From: Thermoplasmataceae archaeon
Lineage (GTDB): Archaea; Thermoplasmatota; Thermoplasmata; Thermoplasmatales; Thermoplasmataceae
Direction: 5' to 3'
Length of the DNA stretch: 60,614 nucleotides
Assembly: GCA_031961205.1 (NCBI GenBank)
Contig: JAVRLS010000001.1
Span: 1-60,614 of the forward strand
Positions 29,026 to 38,890 of this stretch are shown piece after piece. The position numbers and the translations under genes are program-made. The notes under the pieces are model-generated. The model did no database searches. It worked only from the letters and a program-made list of their open reading frames with translations, and was not told the origin of the DNA. How positions within the stretch are numbered: the stretch's first letter is position 1; every line of letters begins with the position of its first letter.

Positions 29026-29222
29026 TACTTTTTATCCTCCCTCTCTACTGTCAGTATTCTGGCTATCTGTCTTCTCACTGCTCTTATTTTTCCCGGGCTG
29101 GGCGATGAACCTCCCATAGAAACAAGAGCTCTCTCATGAAGCAGACTTTCCCTGAGTTTCCTCAGAGTTTCCTGCCTCTCTTCCCTGCTCATCTGACGTA
29201 CCTGTTTTGCTTTCATCTCCAT
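29025..29222 (-). CDS. rpl29: 50S ribosomal protein L29 (uL29)
   Basis: 65-aa ORF. GGAGGTGA SD directly upstream of the ATG at 29222. Confidence 0.93.
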   Translation of the reverse strand: MEMKAKQVRQMSREERQETLRKLRESLLHERALVSMGGSSPSPGKIRAVRRQIARILTVEREDKK

Positions 29223-29829
29223 TTATTTCACCTCCTGATATTCCTTGTAAACTGAATACATCCGGCAATCTGTAATTTGGATTCAATACTTTTACAGTGA
29301 TACCGAGTATCCCTACCTTTAATTTGGCTGTGGAGAAACCGATGAGCATTCCCTTGCTGCCCGGTTCTCCTGAATATTTAACATTTCCATATATGAATTT
29401 CTGGTATCTTGCTCTCTCGCCGGAAATCTTTCCTGATATCCTTATATATACACCTTTGGCGCCAGCATCGATAGTTCTTTTAAGCGTTGTATTTCCAGCC
29501 TTTCTGTAGGACCATCCCTTTTCTAGCGACATGGCTATCTTTTTGGATATAACTGTTGGATTGAGATCTGGATCCTTAACATCCTTAACTTCAATCTGCG
29601 GCGTTTCTATACCGTATTTTTTTTCAAGCGTGTCTGTTATTTCCTGAACTTTTGCGCCCTTTCTTCCGATTACAAGGCCCGGCCTGTTTACGTACAGAGT
29701 AATGTTAGTACCAAAAGGCGTTCTCTTCATGGACATTTTTCCAAAGCCAGCACTCTCCGTTTCTTTTGTGACGTATTCGTATACAAGCATCCTTTTGACA
29801 GCCTCGTTTATGAATTTTCTCTCCTTCAT
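29134..29829 (-). CDS. rps3: 30S ribosomal protein S3 (uS3)
   Basis: 231-aa ORF with a KH domain ([14 protein letters not shown]). The C-terminal 30 aa overlap rpl29 by 89 nt in another frame. Confidence 0.93.
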   Translation of the reverse strand: MKERKFINEAVKRMLVYEYVTKETESAGFGKMSMKRTPFGTNITLYVNRPGLVIGRKGAKVQEITDTLEKKYGIETPQIEVKDVKDPDLNPTVISKKIAMSLEKGWSYRKAGNTTLKRTIDAGAKGVYIRISGKISGERARYQKFIYGNVKYSGEPGSKGMLIGFSTAKLKVGILGITVKVLNPNYRLPDVFSLQGISGGEINGDESKTGTSDEQGREAGNSEETQGKSAS

Positions 29830-30272
29830 GATTCCACCTCTGATACTATTATCTCGACGTTTATGAGATCCTTGAAATTAGCACCGGCCCTTCCATATGC
29901 TTTTGGCGTGAATTTCTTAATCATGCGGCCTTTATTTGCGGCGATATGCCTTATCACAAGGTTGTCTGCATCCATTGACTGAAATTCGGCGTTTCCTTCG
30001 ACATTTTCAAGAAGTTTCATAAATGCTTTTGCTGCCTTAACTGGATATCTGCCTGGCCCCATACCTTTCCTGTGCGAAACGGAATCCATGTATCTGAAAT
30101 ATGGTATAGCATATGTCTTAGCCATGACTTTCTCGAGTATTTCCTTGGCATCACTTAATTTTTTGTTTCTAAGGTGGTGGGCGATATTAACCGCATCCTT
30201 AAGTGAAATATCTTCTTCGACTAGCCTCGCCTTGGCAATGGTTCCCTCAATCTGTATTGAATATCCTTTCAT
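29826..30272 (-). CDS. rpl22: 50S ribosomal protein L22 (uL22)
   Basis: 148-aa ORF in conserved position. Confidence 0.95.
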   Translation of the reverse strand: MKGYSIQIEGTIAKARLVEEDISLKDAVNIAHHLRNKKLSDAKEILEKVMAKTYAIPYFRYMDSVSHRKGMGPGRYPVKAAKAFMKLLENVEGNAEFQSMDADNLVIRHIAANKGRMIKKFTPKAYGRAGANFKDLINVEIIVSEVES

Positions 30273-30276
30273 ATGA

Positions 30277-30732
30277 TCACTTCAGCGGCATAAACTTGGA
30301 TGAACGTGTTGCACCAACACCTGGACCAGAATGCTTCACTTCTTTTCTTGTCATTATAAACTCACCGATATAATGACCTATCATTTCAGGCTTAAGCTCG
30401 AACTTTTGATAACTGTTGCCGTTGTATACTTCCACTATCTTCCCCACGTAATTCGGCAGTATGATAACATCTTTGACGTGGGTTTTTATGTCATCTTCAT
30501 CACTCATCAATCGTTCTACAAGCTTCTTCTGATCGTGATTCATCTCACGGCTGAGCGTACGTCTGGATCTTGCTGGAAGTATCTTTATGAGCTCATCCAT
30601 GCTCATTTTTTGAAGTTCCTCAAGTTCATAACCCTTGTAACTGAATTCCTTGGCTCTTCCAAGTACGATCTTCCTTGATTTTCTGGCCTTCCTTTTAATT
30701 GATTTTACAGATCCCTGCTTATTTACTACCAT
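30277..30732 (-). CDS. rps19: 30S ribosomal protein S19 (uS19)
   Basis: 151-aa ORF; [27 protein letters not shown]. Confidence 0.95.
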   Translation of the reverse strand: MVVNKQGSVKSIKRKARKSRKIVLGRAKEFSYKGYELEELQKMSMDELIKILPARSRRTLSREMNHDQKKLVERLMSDEDDIKTHVKDVIILPNYVGKIVEVYNGNSYQKFELKPEMIGHYIGEFIMTRKEVKHSGPGVGATRSSKFMPLK

Positions 30733-31423
30733 TTACCTTCCTCCTTTTTGGTGACAGCCTTCCAACCTTTCTGCCCGGTGGTGCGTTTCTACCAACTGTG
30801 CTTGGTCTGCCAACGTGCTGGTGGTTTCCTCCACCATGCGGGTGGTTTACCGCATTCATCGCAACACCTCTGACGCTGTAAGGTCTCTGGGCTTTGCTCT
30901 GCAAATAATGAACATGCGTTCCGGCTTTTAACACTGGTGAATCCTTTAGTCCGCTGCCTGCCACAACTCCCACCGTTGCCTTGCATCTTGGATCAAAGTC
31001 CCTCATTGAACCTGATGGAAGTTTAAGTGTAACCTTTGAACTGTGACTTACTATAAGTGCGAAGTTGCCTGCACTTCTACAGAATTTTCCACCATCCCCC
31101 GGATAGCTTTCTATGTTATAAACAACGGTTCCGTCCGGGATATTGGCAAGAACTGTGGTATTGCCCTTTTCCAGACTGGATTCCGGACCTGCCTGTATTT
31201 CCTGGCCTACATGTGCCCCGAGAAAAGCAAGCTGATAACTTTTCCTGCCGGTGGTGTCCTGCACTTCCAGAAATGGAGAATTCCTTCCAGGAGCCTGAAT
31301 GACATCAAGGATCTTGTATGATCCTTCTGGAGGAGTACGTACTTCTGCCACGTGGCGGTGACTCGGACTCCTGTATTCAAGTCCACCCTTTCCTCTTCTT
31401 CTTGGTATAATTCTCTTACCCAT
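30719..31423 (-). CDS. rpl2: 50S ribosomal protein L2 (uL2)
   Basis: 234-aa ORF; [19 protein letters not shown]. Confidence 0.97.
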   Translation of the reverse strand: MGKRIIPRRRGKGGLEYRSPSHRHVAEVRTPPEGSYKILDVIQAPGRNSPFLEVQDTTGRKSYQLAFLGAHVGQEIQAGPESSLEKGNTTVLANIPDGTVVYNIESYPGDGGKFCRSAGNFALIVSHSSKVTLKLPSGSMRDFDPRCKATVGVVAGSGLKDSPVLKAGTHVHYLQSKAQRPYSVRGVAMNAVNHPHGGGNHQHVGRPSTVGRNAPPGRKVGRLSPKRRKVNGSK

Positions 31424-31432
31424 TATTTCACC

Positions 31433-31681
31433 TCAGAATACCCCTATCCTTTCTGCGATTTCTTCAGCAGAATATTCCTTGGAAAGCTTTACTAGCGCTT
31501 TCTTTCCCTTTTTGGTGATCATTATGTTTATGCCTTCTACTTTAACGGAAAACCTTTCTTCTACCTCTTTTTTTATCTCATCCTTTTTCGCTTTTCTGTC
31601 CACTATAAGAGTCAGCTTGTTCTCCTTTTCAGCAAGAAGAGCGCTCTTTTCAGTTGACAGAGGAGATATTATTATTTCCAT
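31433..31681 (-). CDS. rpl23: 50S ribosomal protein L23 (uL23)
   Basis: 82-aa ORF in conserved position. Confidence 0.93.
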   Translation of the reverse strand: MEIIISPLSTEKSALLAEKENKLTLIVDRKAKKDEIKKEVEERFSVKVEGINIMITKKGKKALVKLSKEYSAEEIAERIGVF

Positions 31682-32440
31682 TCAATCCACCTCAGTCATA
31701 GTTTGCAGTGCACTTTTAGTATATATTGTCAGGCGACCACCATTTCCTCCCGGTGCAAGCTTTTTAAGGCTTAATGAGTCCGGAGATGCTGTATCGACTC
31801 CTGGAAGCGATTTAAATGCTGAAAGGTCATCTTTATTGACACTCACTATTAACACGCTCTTCGGCATTTTGTATCTTCTGCCCCTCATCTTTCCACGTCC
31901 AGCCCTTATGTGCTTTCCTTCCTTTGCCCTGAGTATGTCGTCGTAGACACCAAGCGCTTTCATAAGGGAAATGGCATCTTTTGTCTTCTTGATCTTGCTT
32001 ATGCTATCGTCAACGACTATTGGAAGCGCTATCTCTGAATTTACTTTGTGCCCTCTTTCCTGCACTGCCTTAACAGAAGCCGTGAGCGCAATCGCGGAAA
32101 ATCTTGCTATCTTCCTTTCGTTCTCATTTATTTTAACATACATATTTTTAGTCGATCTTGGAGAATGTGCACTTTTTCCACCAACAGCACTTGATATTCC
32201 AACAACTCTTGATCCCCCAGAAAGCCTGGGCATTCTTGAGATACCGAGACCAGGTTTGGTTGTATGTCCAACCCTGCGTTTTCCTGCCAGTGGAGAAGAT
32301 CCATATTTCTGCCTCATCGAAAGCGTTATGGCTCTGTAGGCTCTTGATATTATATCCGGCCTGGCCTCAGTTTCAAAGACCTTTGGCAGATCTATGTCCC
32401 CGACTTTTTCTCCTGCATTTGAATAAACTGGTACTTTCGT
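31682..32440 (-). CDS. rpl4: 50S ribosomal protein L4 (uL4); proposed non-canonical ACG start
   Basis: The track ORF starts at the ATG at 32317. The frame is open to 32446 and encodes the conserved uL4 N-terminus (TKVPVYSNAGEKVGDIDLPKVFETEARPDIISRAY...). There is no ATG/GTG/TTG in those 43 codons. A GGTGA SD lies 6 nt before the ACG at 32440. Confidence 0.8.
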   Translation of the reverse strand, partial: TKVPVYSNAGEKVGDIDLPKVFETEARPDIISRAYRAITLSMRQKYGSSPLAGKRRVGHTTKPGLGISRMPRLSGGSRVVGISSAVGGKSAHSPRSTKNMYVKINENERKIARFSAIALTASVKAVQERGHKVNSEIALPIVVDDSISKIKKTKDAISLMKALGVYDDILRAKEGKHIRAGRGKMRGRRYKMPKSVLIVSVNKDDLSAFKSLPGVDTASPDSLSLKKLAPGGNGGRLTIYTKSALQTMTEVD

Positions 32441-32442
32441 TT

Positions 32443-33438
32443 TTAGTCACCCTGCTTTGATTCTAAAGATACATAATCTATCTTTATATTCTCTACATTT
32501 GCACTTTTCTGCCTAGCCGGATCCCTAAGCTTTATCATCCTTTTGGCTGCACCAGGTATCGAACCAAACAGAAGCACGTAATCATTCCTTACAAAACCGT
32601 AGTGCAGAAAACCGCCACGAACATTTATAGAATCAACTTCATCACTCTTTCCGTACTTCACTATGCGCACATTGCTGATTGTCCTCTGCTGGTACCCCAT
32701 TTGACCTGCCTGTGGGACAGTATTTCTCACCCAGTCAGGATGCCATGGGCCAAGCGTTCCTATCATTCTTCTGTGTTTTCTGTTTTTTCTTGGAAGCAGT
32801 TTGATCCCAAACCTTTTAACATGACCCGTGAAGCCCTTTCCCTTTGTGACAGAGATTGTATCTACAAATGTACCTGGCTTCCCAAATTCCTCGAATGATA
32901 TTGATTTTCCAAGCTTTGAAGCGGCGAATTCATATCTTTCCTTTTCATCGCTACCGCCACCGACTTTTATCTCAAAAATTTCAGGTGTTTTTGAAGGGAT
33001 TCCTGATACTATTTCAGGTTTTGTACTTACAAGCAGACGAACTTCCTCATATGTCTGTGGGAGTTCTTTTTGCTTGAATTCGTTTATTTTCGGAATCCTT
33101 CTATAGATATTCTTATCGAGATTAGAGTCCCACTTTTCATATACCACCGCAAGATTCCCATAGTCATCGTAATCGTAGAGCCTTAGACCGCATACCTGAA
33201 GCGGTGGGACTTCTACCACGGTTACAGGAACTAATATGGGTTGGCCTGCAGTAACACTTGTTTTTCTATAATCGATCATTTCTATATGAGTCATTCCAAC
33301 TTTATAGCCAGCAAATCCTTGTATTCTTACATTCCCAGAAATCTCGGGCCAAGACCTGATTCTCGCTACTGCACTCTTAGCTCGTACTCTAGGATAGTAA
33401 GCCATTGATCCTCTTCTCGAATGATGAGGCGTCGCCAT
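32443..33438 (-). CDS. rpl3: 50S ribosomal protein L3 (uL3)
   Basis: 331-aa ORF; GYKVGMTH, FTGHVKRFG. First gene of the ribosomal protein block, with a GGTGGTGA SD upstream. Confidence 0.97.
   Translation of the reverse strand: MATPHHSRRGSMAYYPRVRAKSAVARIRSWPEISGNVRIQGFAGYKVGMTHIEMIDYRKTSVTAGQPILVPVTVVEVPPLQVCGLRLYDYDDYGNLAVVYEKWDSNLDKNIYRRIPKINEFKQKELPQTYEEVRLLVSTKPEIVSGIPSKTPEIFEIKVGGGSDEKERYEFAASKLGKSISFEEFGKPGTFVDTISVTKGKGFTGHVKRFGIKLLPRKNRKHRRMIGTLGPWHPDWVRNTVPQAGQMGYQQRTISNVRIVKYGKSDEVDSINVRGGFLHYGFVRNDYVLLFGSIPGAAKRMIKLRDPARQKSANVENIKIDYVSLESKQGD
32447..32451 (-). promoter_or_regulatory. Shine-Dalgarno (GGTGA) serving the rpl4 initiation site
   Basis: GGTGA lies at the end of rpl3, 6 nt upstream of the ACG at 32440. 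The same SD type precedes rps6e, rpl29 and rpl3 in this window. Confidence 0.5.
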
Positions 33439-33837
33439 TTAACATTCACCACCTTTACCGTTGCACGTTGCATTCAGCTCATAAATATATGCAGCTAAAC
33501 GCGAAAGGGACGTAAACGTTGCCCTACCGTGTATGGTTTATAACAGATTCCTCCCATTATTCCAAGCTGATCTAAAGAGATCTTCCCGAATAATATGAGA
33601 AACGCTATTAAACTCGAAGTGCAAGCTGCATTATTAATCTTTCGAAATGAAGTGAATCAAATTCTCGTTGATAATCCGGGGGACACCTGCACATTTTTCT
33701 CCTACGTTAACAAGGGAAATAAAAGGTGGAAGTATACCCTGAACTTCCGTCATAAGAGAAAAAAATAAAAATTTCGATTAAAAATTGACTGCCTCGTGGT
33801 CAAAAACTTATTATCTTCCTTTGTATTTCACAATCAA

Positions 33838-33910
33838 AGCCCTGTGGTGTAGTGGCCAAGCATTATGGGCTCTGGACCCATCGACGGCAGTTCGAATCTG
33901 CCCAGGGCTA
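33838..33910 (+). tRNA. tRNA-Gln (anticodon CUG)
   Basis: Hand-folded. Acceptor AGCCCTG/CAGGGCT (A1-U72, typical of archaeal tRNA-Gln), anticodon stem ATGGG/CCCAT, loop CTCTGGA, T arm GGCAG-TTCGAAT-CTGCC. Confidence 0.9.
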
Positions 33911-33914
33911 TAGA

Positions 33915-33929
33915 TTTTGAATTTTTTTA
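33915..33929 (+). terminator. oligo-T tracts downstream of tRNA-Gln
   Basis: T4 and T7 runs (gaTTTTgaaTTTTTTTat) start 5 nt after the tRNA 3' end. This is the archaeal oligo-T termination signal type. Confidence 0.4.
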
Positions 33930-33937
33930 TATTATTT

Positions 33938-35476
33938 TCAGGTTATCCTCGGGACTATGATCTCCCATAGTATCAGGATAAAGACTATAACGCTAAGTAC
34001 GTACATGATCCCGTTAATATTCTTTTCAGTGTTGAAAAACTTATGTTTTTTGCCTAATATAACAAACGTATCCCTGAAGAATTGACCGCCATCGAAAACG
34101 AAGAATGGAAGGGCATTTGTAATTCCTAAAAGTATATTTATCCAGAACATCCAGTATAGGAAATTTACGGCCCCCCAGAAAATCACAGGGCTGAAAGGTA
34201 CACTGAACATCTCTGTCAGGGGAACAGGAATCGGGCTAAGTCCGTAAAATGGAAGCCCTATAGATTCTATGAATCCATCGACTGGATCGGTGTAGAAATC
34301 ATTCATAAAAATAACGCTCTTTAGATCAGAAACTGGATCTCCGCCAATACCCATGTAATTTACGTTTATTCCAAGGAAACTTTCATTTTTAAAAGATGAT
34401 TCTGCATAAAGAGGATCATATTTTTCATAGTACGAATATTTAGAAACCGTTGTCATTGTATAATTTTTTTCCCTAAGTCCGCTTCCGGGTTCTGGCTCAA
34501 GGACGGTGATATTTATAGTTGAATCCGGTTTTATAGCATTCAGAACGTTATCAAGCGTTGTAAGGTTGTATATTATGCTGCCGTTCACTGATTCGATTAT
34601 TGTTCCGGATAGGACGTTCTGAGCCGGATATCCCTTTATGGTGGTAACTATAACAACGCCGGCATATCCGTAAGTATCGTATATGGTTTTGCCGTTAAAG
34701 ACCTTTATGGATAGATTCTGGCCAGGACTAAAGTTGGGATTGTCCATTAAAGAGTAAATGGAAGAACCGTTTGTATTGTTTATAGATATTATTTCATTAC
34801 CAACATTTACGGAAGGCGTGATAGCCGGGTTTGAACTTTCTATATAAATTCCCTGATGGATCGGCTGCGCGCCAGCGAAAAACCCAACAGATATTATCAC
34901 AGCAAATACTATGGCTATAATTATATTTATGCCGGGCCCGGCTGCAAAGATCCTTCTCCTTACAACCGGATCAGCCTTCCTCATGTCATCCTCACTTGGC
35001 TCAACAAACGCCCCAAGAGGAACTATAAAGAAAAGGGCCCCGACCGACTGAATATTGAGGCCATGTTTTTTGGCCGTTATTCCGTGCATCATTTCATGGA
35101 TAACTACAGAAATGATGAGTGCGATTATACCATAGCCAACAGGAATAACCGGATTTATTCCGGGCAGGGCTATGAGCTCAGTCAATGGTGGGGCCGTGCT
35201 TGGCCTCAGGAAGGTTGATATATAGGCGCTGTAGGCCAGCATCCCAAGGGCAACGAAGGAGAATAAGAATATTACAATAACTGAAATTTTTGAGAATGAT
35301 ACTGCAGGGAATTTTTTGGATATTTTATCTATTACCTTTCTGTTTTTTGTAAATTTTAACATCAGTGTTGGTCCATATACAGAAAAATTTTTTGATTTTT
35401 TAATGTAGGGGCTTAAATAGAATAATATAAGTAGCCATGAAACTATCAGAATCAGGAATAGATAAATACCATTCAT
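33938..35476 (-). CDS. site-2 protease family zinc metalloprotease (peptidase M50) with PDZ-like insert
   Basis: 512-aa polytopic ORF. HExxH (VIHEMMHGI) and the second motif NALPFFVFDGG. Confidence 0.85.
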   Translation of the reverse strand: MNGIYLFLILIVSWLLILFYLSPYIKKSKNFSVYGPTLMLKFTKNRKVIDKISKKFPAVSFSKISVIVIFLFSFVALGMLAYSAYISTFLRPSTAPPLTELIALPGINPVIPVGYGIIALIISVVIHEMMHGITAKKHGLNIQSVGALFFIVPLGAFVEPSEDDMRKADPVVRRRIFAAGPGINIIIAIVFAVIISVGFFAGAQPIHQGIYIESSNPAITPSVNVGNEIISINNTNGSSIYSLMDNPNFSPGQNLSIKVFNGKTIYDTYGYAGVVIVTTIKGYPAQNVLSGTIIESVNGSIIYNLTTLDNVLNAIKPDSTINITVLEPEPGSGLREKNYTMTTVSKYSYYEKYDPLYAESSFKNESFLGINVNYMGIGGDPVSDLKSVIFMNDFYTDPVDGFIESIGLPFYGLSPIPVPLTEMFSVPFSPVIFWGAVNFLYWMFWINILLGITNALPFFVFDGGQFFRDTFVILGKKHKFFNTEKNINGIMYVLSVIVFILILWEIIVPRIT

Positions 35477-35627
35477 ACCGGTTAGAAATGAAACCTTATG
35501 TTATAACGTTTTTCCTTAAGAACAAATGAAACCTCGTAATGGTCCAACAGCGGCGTTTTGCGTGGTATTACTCCAGAATGATGTGATTCGACTTATTTGA
35601 CCTTATGGATGAATTGATATTTCTATC

Positions 35628-36425
35628 CTAAATCTGCAAATGATCGGTCTGTTCTCTTACCCTCCTTCTCACGAATAAGATGTATACAAGGATATATGCA
35701 ACCGAAAATATTCCCAGCAGGTATAATAATCCTCTGAATCTAACATCAAATGAAGGCCTGAAAACGTTCACACTTGCGTATCCTACATACATAAGAACAG
35801 AAAATCTTAACGAGAAGCCTGCAAAATTTGCCATAAAGAAATCAGGGGCTCTCATTTTCAATGTCCCCGCTGCCAGTGAAGTAACATTTTTGAAATATGG
35901 AATGAATGTGGCTATAAATATTGAAAACATCCCGTGATTCGTTATCCAGTCATCGGCTGCCGAAATATCTTTTTCCTTGATTCCGAAGTATGATAGAACC
36001 TTTAGAAGCAGTAATCTTCCGGCCAGCCTTCCTCCCGAATATTCAATGCCAGTTAGAAATAGCATTGAAAGTACAGATACCAAAAATGCTATGTATATAT
36101 TGAAATCGCCAAGTGATGATAGATAGCCATAAAACGGTAGAATTAGGTAGTCCGGCAACGGAGCAAATGCAACAATTATAAAAATGCCTATATAACCCAT
36201 ATAGTAAAATGGGCCAAATATTCTAATTTCATCACTGTAGTAGTTTGCATAATTTAAATAATGAAGGTAGCCATTTGTAAGTCCAAGCACGGATATTATT
36301 AATCCAATTGCTGCTATTACGAAGATATAATGAGAATACTTTATGAATTTAATCTCTGATCCTCCGTCTACTAGTTCTTTCATATATTTAAATGCGTAAC
36401 GAAACTTTTCACTTATTGCGGACAT
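35628..36425 (-). CDS. DedA/VTT (SNARE-associated) family membrane protein
   Basis: 265-aa ORF; PLPDYLILPFYGYL..., FIPYFKNVTSLAAGTLKM. Confidence 0.7.
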   Translation of the reverse strand: MSAISEKFRYAFKYMKELVDGGSEIKFIKYSHYIFVIAAIGLIISVLGLTNGYLHYLNYANYYSDEIRIFGPFYYMGYIGIFIIVAFAPLPDYLILPFYGYLSSLGDFNIYIAFLVSVLSMLFLTGIEYSGGRLAGRLLLLKVLSYFGIKEKDISAADDWITNHGMFSIFIATFIPYFKNVTSLAAGTLKMRAPDFFMANFAGFSLRFSVLMYVGYASVNVFRPSFDVRFRGLLYLLGIFSVAYILVYILFVRRRVREQTDHLQI

Positions 36426-36499
36426 ATGTTATTTTTCCTCTCTTATTTTACATAGTATCTGGGCTCAAAATTATGAATGATGTGTATTCTCAATAAAGA

Positions 36500-36844
36500 T
36501 CAGCGAAATTGATTAGATCTCTTTTCTTTGCTTATAACTTCTAAACCACCGGCAAATTTTCCTTTAATTGCATCAAAATCATCGGAAGAATTGAATTTTA
36601 AACATAAAATAGCATTATATTCGAATTCCTTTGCTTCATCGATCATTTTTTCGCAATATGTATCCTCTATGTCATTGGTATTATTTGCTCTTGCTTTTAT
36701 TTCACTCAATATTTTTCCCGAACCTGATGCAAGAGTCCATTCGGCTGAAAGTTTTTTTGCAAGTGTATCGTGAACTATTCTCACCGCCTTGACATTTTTG
36801 TATCCCGGAACATAACCCGCATCCGCAGGAATGATACCGACCAT
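36500..36844 (-). CDS. hypothetical protein
   Basis: 114-aa ORF with coding-like composition. No family recognised. Confidence 0.45.
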   Translation of the reverse strand: MVGIIPADAGYVPGYKNVKAVRIVHDTLAKKLSAEWTLASGSGKILSEIKARANNTNDIEDTYCEKMIDEAKEFEYNAILCLKFNSSDDFDAIKGKFAGGLEVISKEKRSNQFR

Positions 36845-37527
36845 ATAATTAGAATATGCCTACTAATATAAAGTTATCCTTAATCACAGGTATTTCGTAA
36901 ATCTCACAAAACTGAACAGGCTATTCATTTCACGCCATCCGCTATGGATCAATATATTTATAACTCTCTAAGGCAGATTTGTATTCGCAGGATTATTCAA
37001 TATTTTGAATATGAAAAATTATTTCAAAATCTTACTATGATAATAGGGCAATGGGGCTTTTTCCTGTCTGCTGTAATACACCTTTAATAACTCTATACCT
37101 ATACAACCGCTACAAGGAAACGTTCAATAAAATTATCGTCTTCAGGAAATACGCTTTACCGGGCCATACATTTGCACTTTCCTATACGTAAATTTATATT
37201 AAGCGCTTTTTGCTAATAGAGTTACGGTTCTTTATCCCCGAACATATACTCGAATTAACGCATATAACAATTTTTCGTGAATAACAGCATAGAACTTTCT
37301 TGGTATTTCTTCAGAAAAGTGGTGAACTGCAATGAATCTTTCCCTAGAGCGAAAACGAAGATTGGTATGTGATCATTGAAATAACGTAAATACCGGGCCA
37401 GATAGGCCATGACCATTGCTGTTAGTGAAATCGTTTGAAGACTGAACAGAAGCATTTATCTCGATGCGATGAATTTTAGGTTTCTTGAAAGATTAATCTT
37501 TTTTTATGAGTTAATTATATCACTCCT

Positions 37528-38487
37528 GTGTCGGATCATTACATAAATTATGTAAAGGCGGTATCTTATCCTACCATCGGAGTTGTTCTACTTGGTGGAA
37601 TTGCCAACAAAAAAACAAGAACACCTAAACATACGTCAGCCGGTATAGCATATACTGACATGGATGGGAACATAAAGACTGAAACTCTGCTTTATGCAGA
37701 TACAGAAACGCACGTGAGGATAAACGGAAAGGAAAACGATGACGCGTCCAGATCTGTGATTGGATCAATAGAGCCATACAAATACCGTATAATGCGCAAA
37801 TGGAACTGCGAAGCTTTATCAATAGATTCTACAAATTACGGGGTATTGAGCGGAAGTTCTGATTCCGGTGCCGCCGCACTTGGAAAGGCCGTTGAAGGAT
37901 CTGTGGATGGGAAAATTGATATTCATGATATAGAGAATTCCATGAGATCAGTATCAGAAAGTGTTGGAAGAAGCCTTTTTGGGGGGCTTACAATTACCTG
38001 GAGTGATGGTTATTTTGCCTATACTGAAAAAATTCTTGATGAAAATACTTTCAAAGACTTCCTTATAATGGGCTTCTCTTTCGATTATAAGAGAAACCCA
38101 TCGGATATAATACACGAAAATATAGTAAGTAACGTGGATTATCCTCAAAGAATAAAAACCGCGGACGAAAGAGCACATGAAATTAAGGAACTTTCAAAAT
38201 ATGGCGATGTAGAGGGAATATTTAATATAGCAGAACAGGACACAGAGGATTATCACAGAATCCTCAGGGAATCTGGAGTGAATGTTATACAGGGAAATAT
38301 GAAGATCCTGATGGAACAGCTTAAACAGATGCGCAAAGATGTATGGAACAGATATATTGTTACTGGAGGTAGCAACGTGTATGCAATTGTGAGGAAAGAT
38401 AATTATAAGCCATTGCTTTTCCTTGCAAACAAATATGGGGCGGGCATCTACATTTTAAAAATTGCCGGAGCCTCGAGAATCGTATAA
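37528..38487 (+). CDS. mevalonate 3-kinase (GHMP kinase / diphosphomevalonate-decarboxylase homologue; Thermoplasma-type mevalonate pathway)
   Basis: 319-aa ORF with a GTG start. Long stretches match my recollection of the characterised T. acidophilum enzyme (YPTIGVVLLGGIAN..TRTP.HTSAGIAY, LSGSSDSGAA, AVSES.GRSLFGGLTITWSDG..AYTEKILD, FDY.RNPSD.IH.NIV, IVTGGSNVY). Confidence 0.75.
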   Translation: MSDHYINYVKAVSYPTIGVVLLGGIANKKTRTPKHTSAGIAYTDMDGNIKTETLLYADTETHVRINGKENDDASRSVIGSIEPYKYRIMRKWNCEALSIDSTNYGVLSGSSDSGAAALGKAVEGSVDGKIDIHDIENSMRSVSESVGRSLFGGLTITWSDGYFAYTEKILDENTFKDFLIMGFSFDYKRNPSDIIHENIVSNVDYPQRIKTADERAHEIKELSKYGDVEGIFNIAEQDTEDYHRILRESGVNVIQGNMKILMEQLKQMRKDVWNRYIVTGGSNVYAIVRKDNYKPLLFLANKYGAGIYILKIAGASRIV

Positions 38488-38890
38488 ATTATTTTCCCGT
38501 ACGATTCAATTTTTTACGGTATTGCCAGTAAACTAGGAGTGACCCGCTCCCCGGCTTTAGCAGTGATCTCCCCTTTCTTAGGTTGATGATGGAATCTTCA
38601 CCAACCCGGATTTTCCATCGATCGAAAAATCCATTATTAATTCGCATAGAACTGCTTGACTTTACAGACGCAAGGATACCTGAAACAACATGCAATTCGA
38701 TCAATTCTGTATATATCTTCCGTCATGCGGAATATGGTTATAGCCCGATAACTGAAATGCCCGCCTTCATACCCTATTTCGGAATGAGAATTCTCGTTTA
38801 CAAAAACTAACATGAAAATTTACTGCCAAAACCATATTTACGCATGTCCATGTTTCTTGATTTGCTTGCTCTGCAAAAACAGAGATGATC

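Noticed and set aside
37255-37455. 66-aa minus-strand ORF in the 680-bp spacer upstream of mevalonate-3-kinase
   Set aside because: It is hydrophobic but isolated, with no start context or family signature. It may be a remnant but is not supportable as a gene.
38606-38613. Search for a duplicated tRNA-Pro 3' half (att site) that would delimit an integrated element
   Set aside because: The only hit is an 8-nt match (CCGGATTT), which is far too short to be meaningful. No direct repeat of the tRNA was found in the window.
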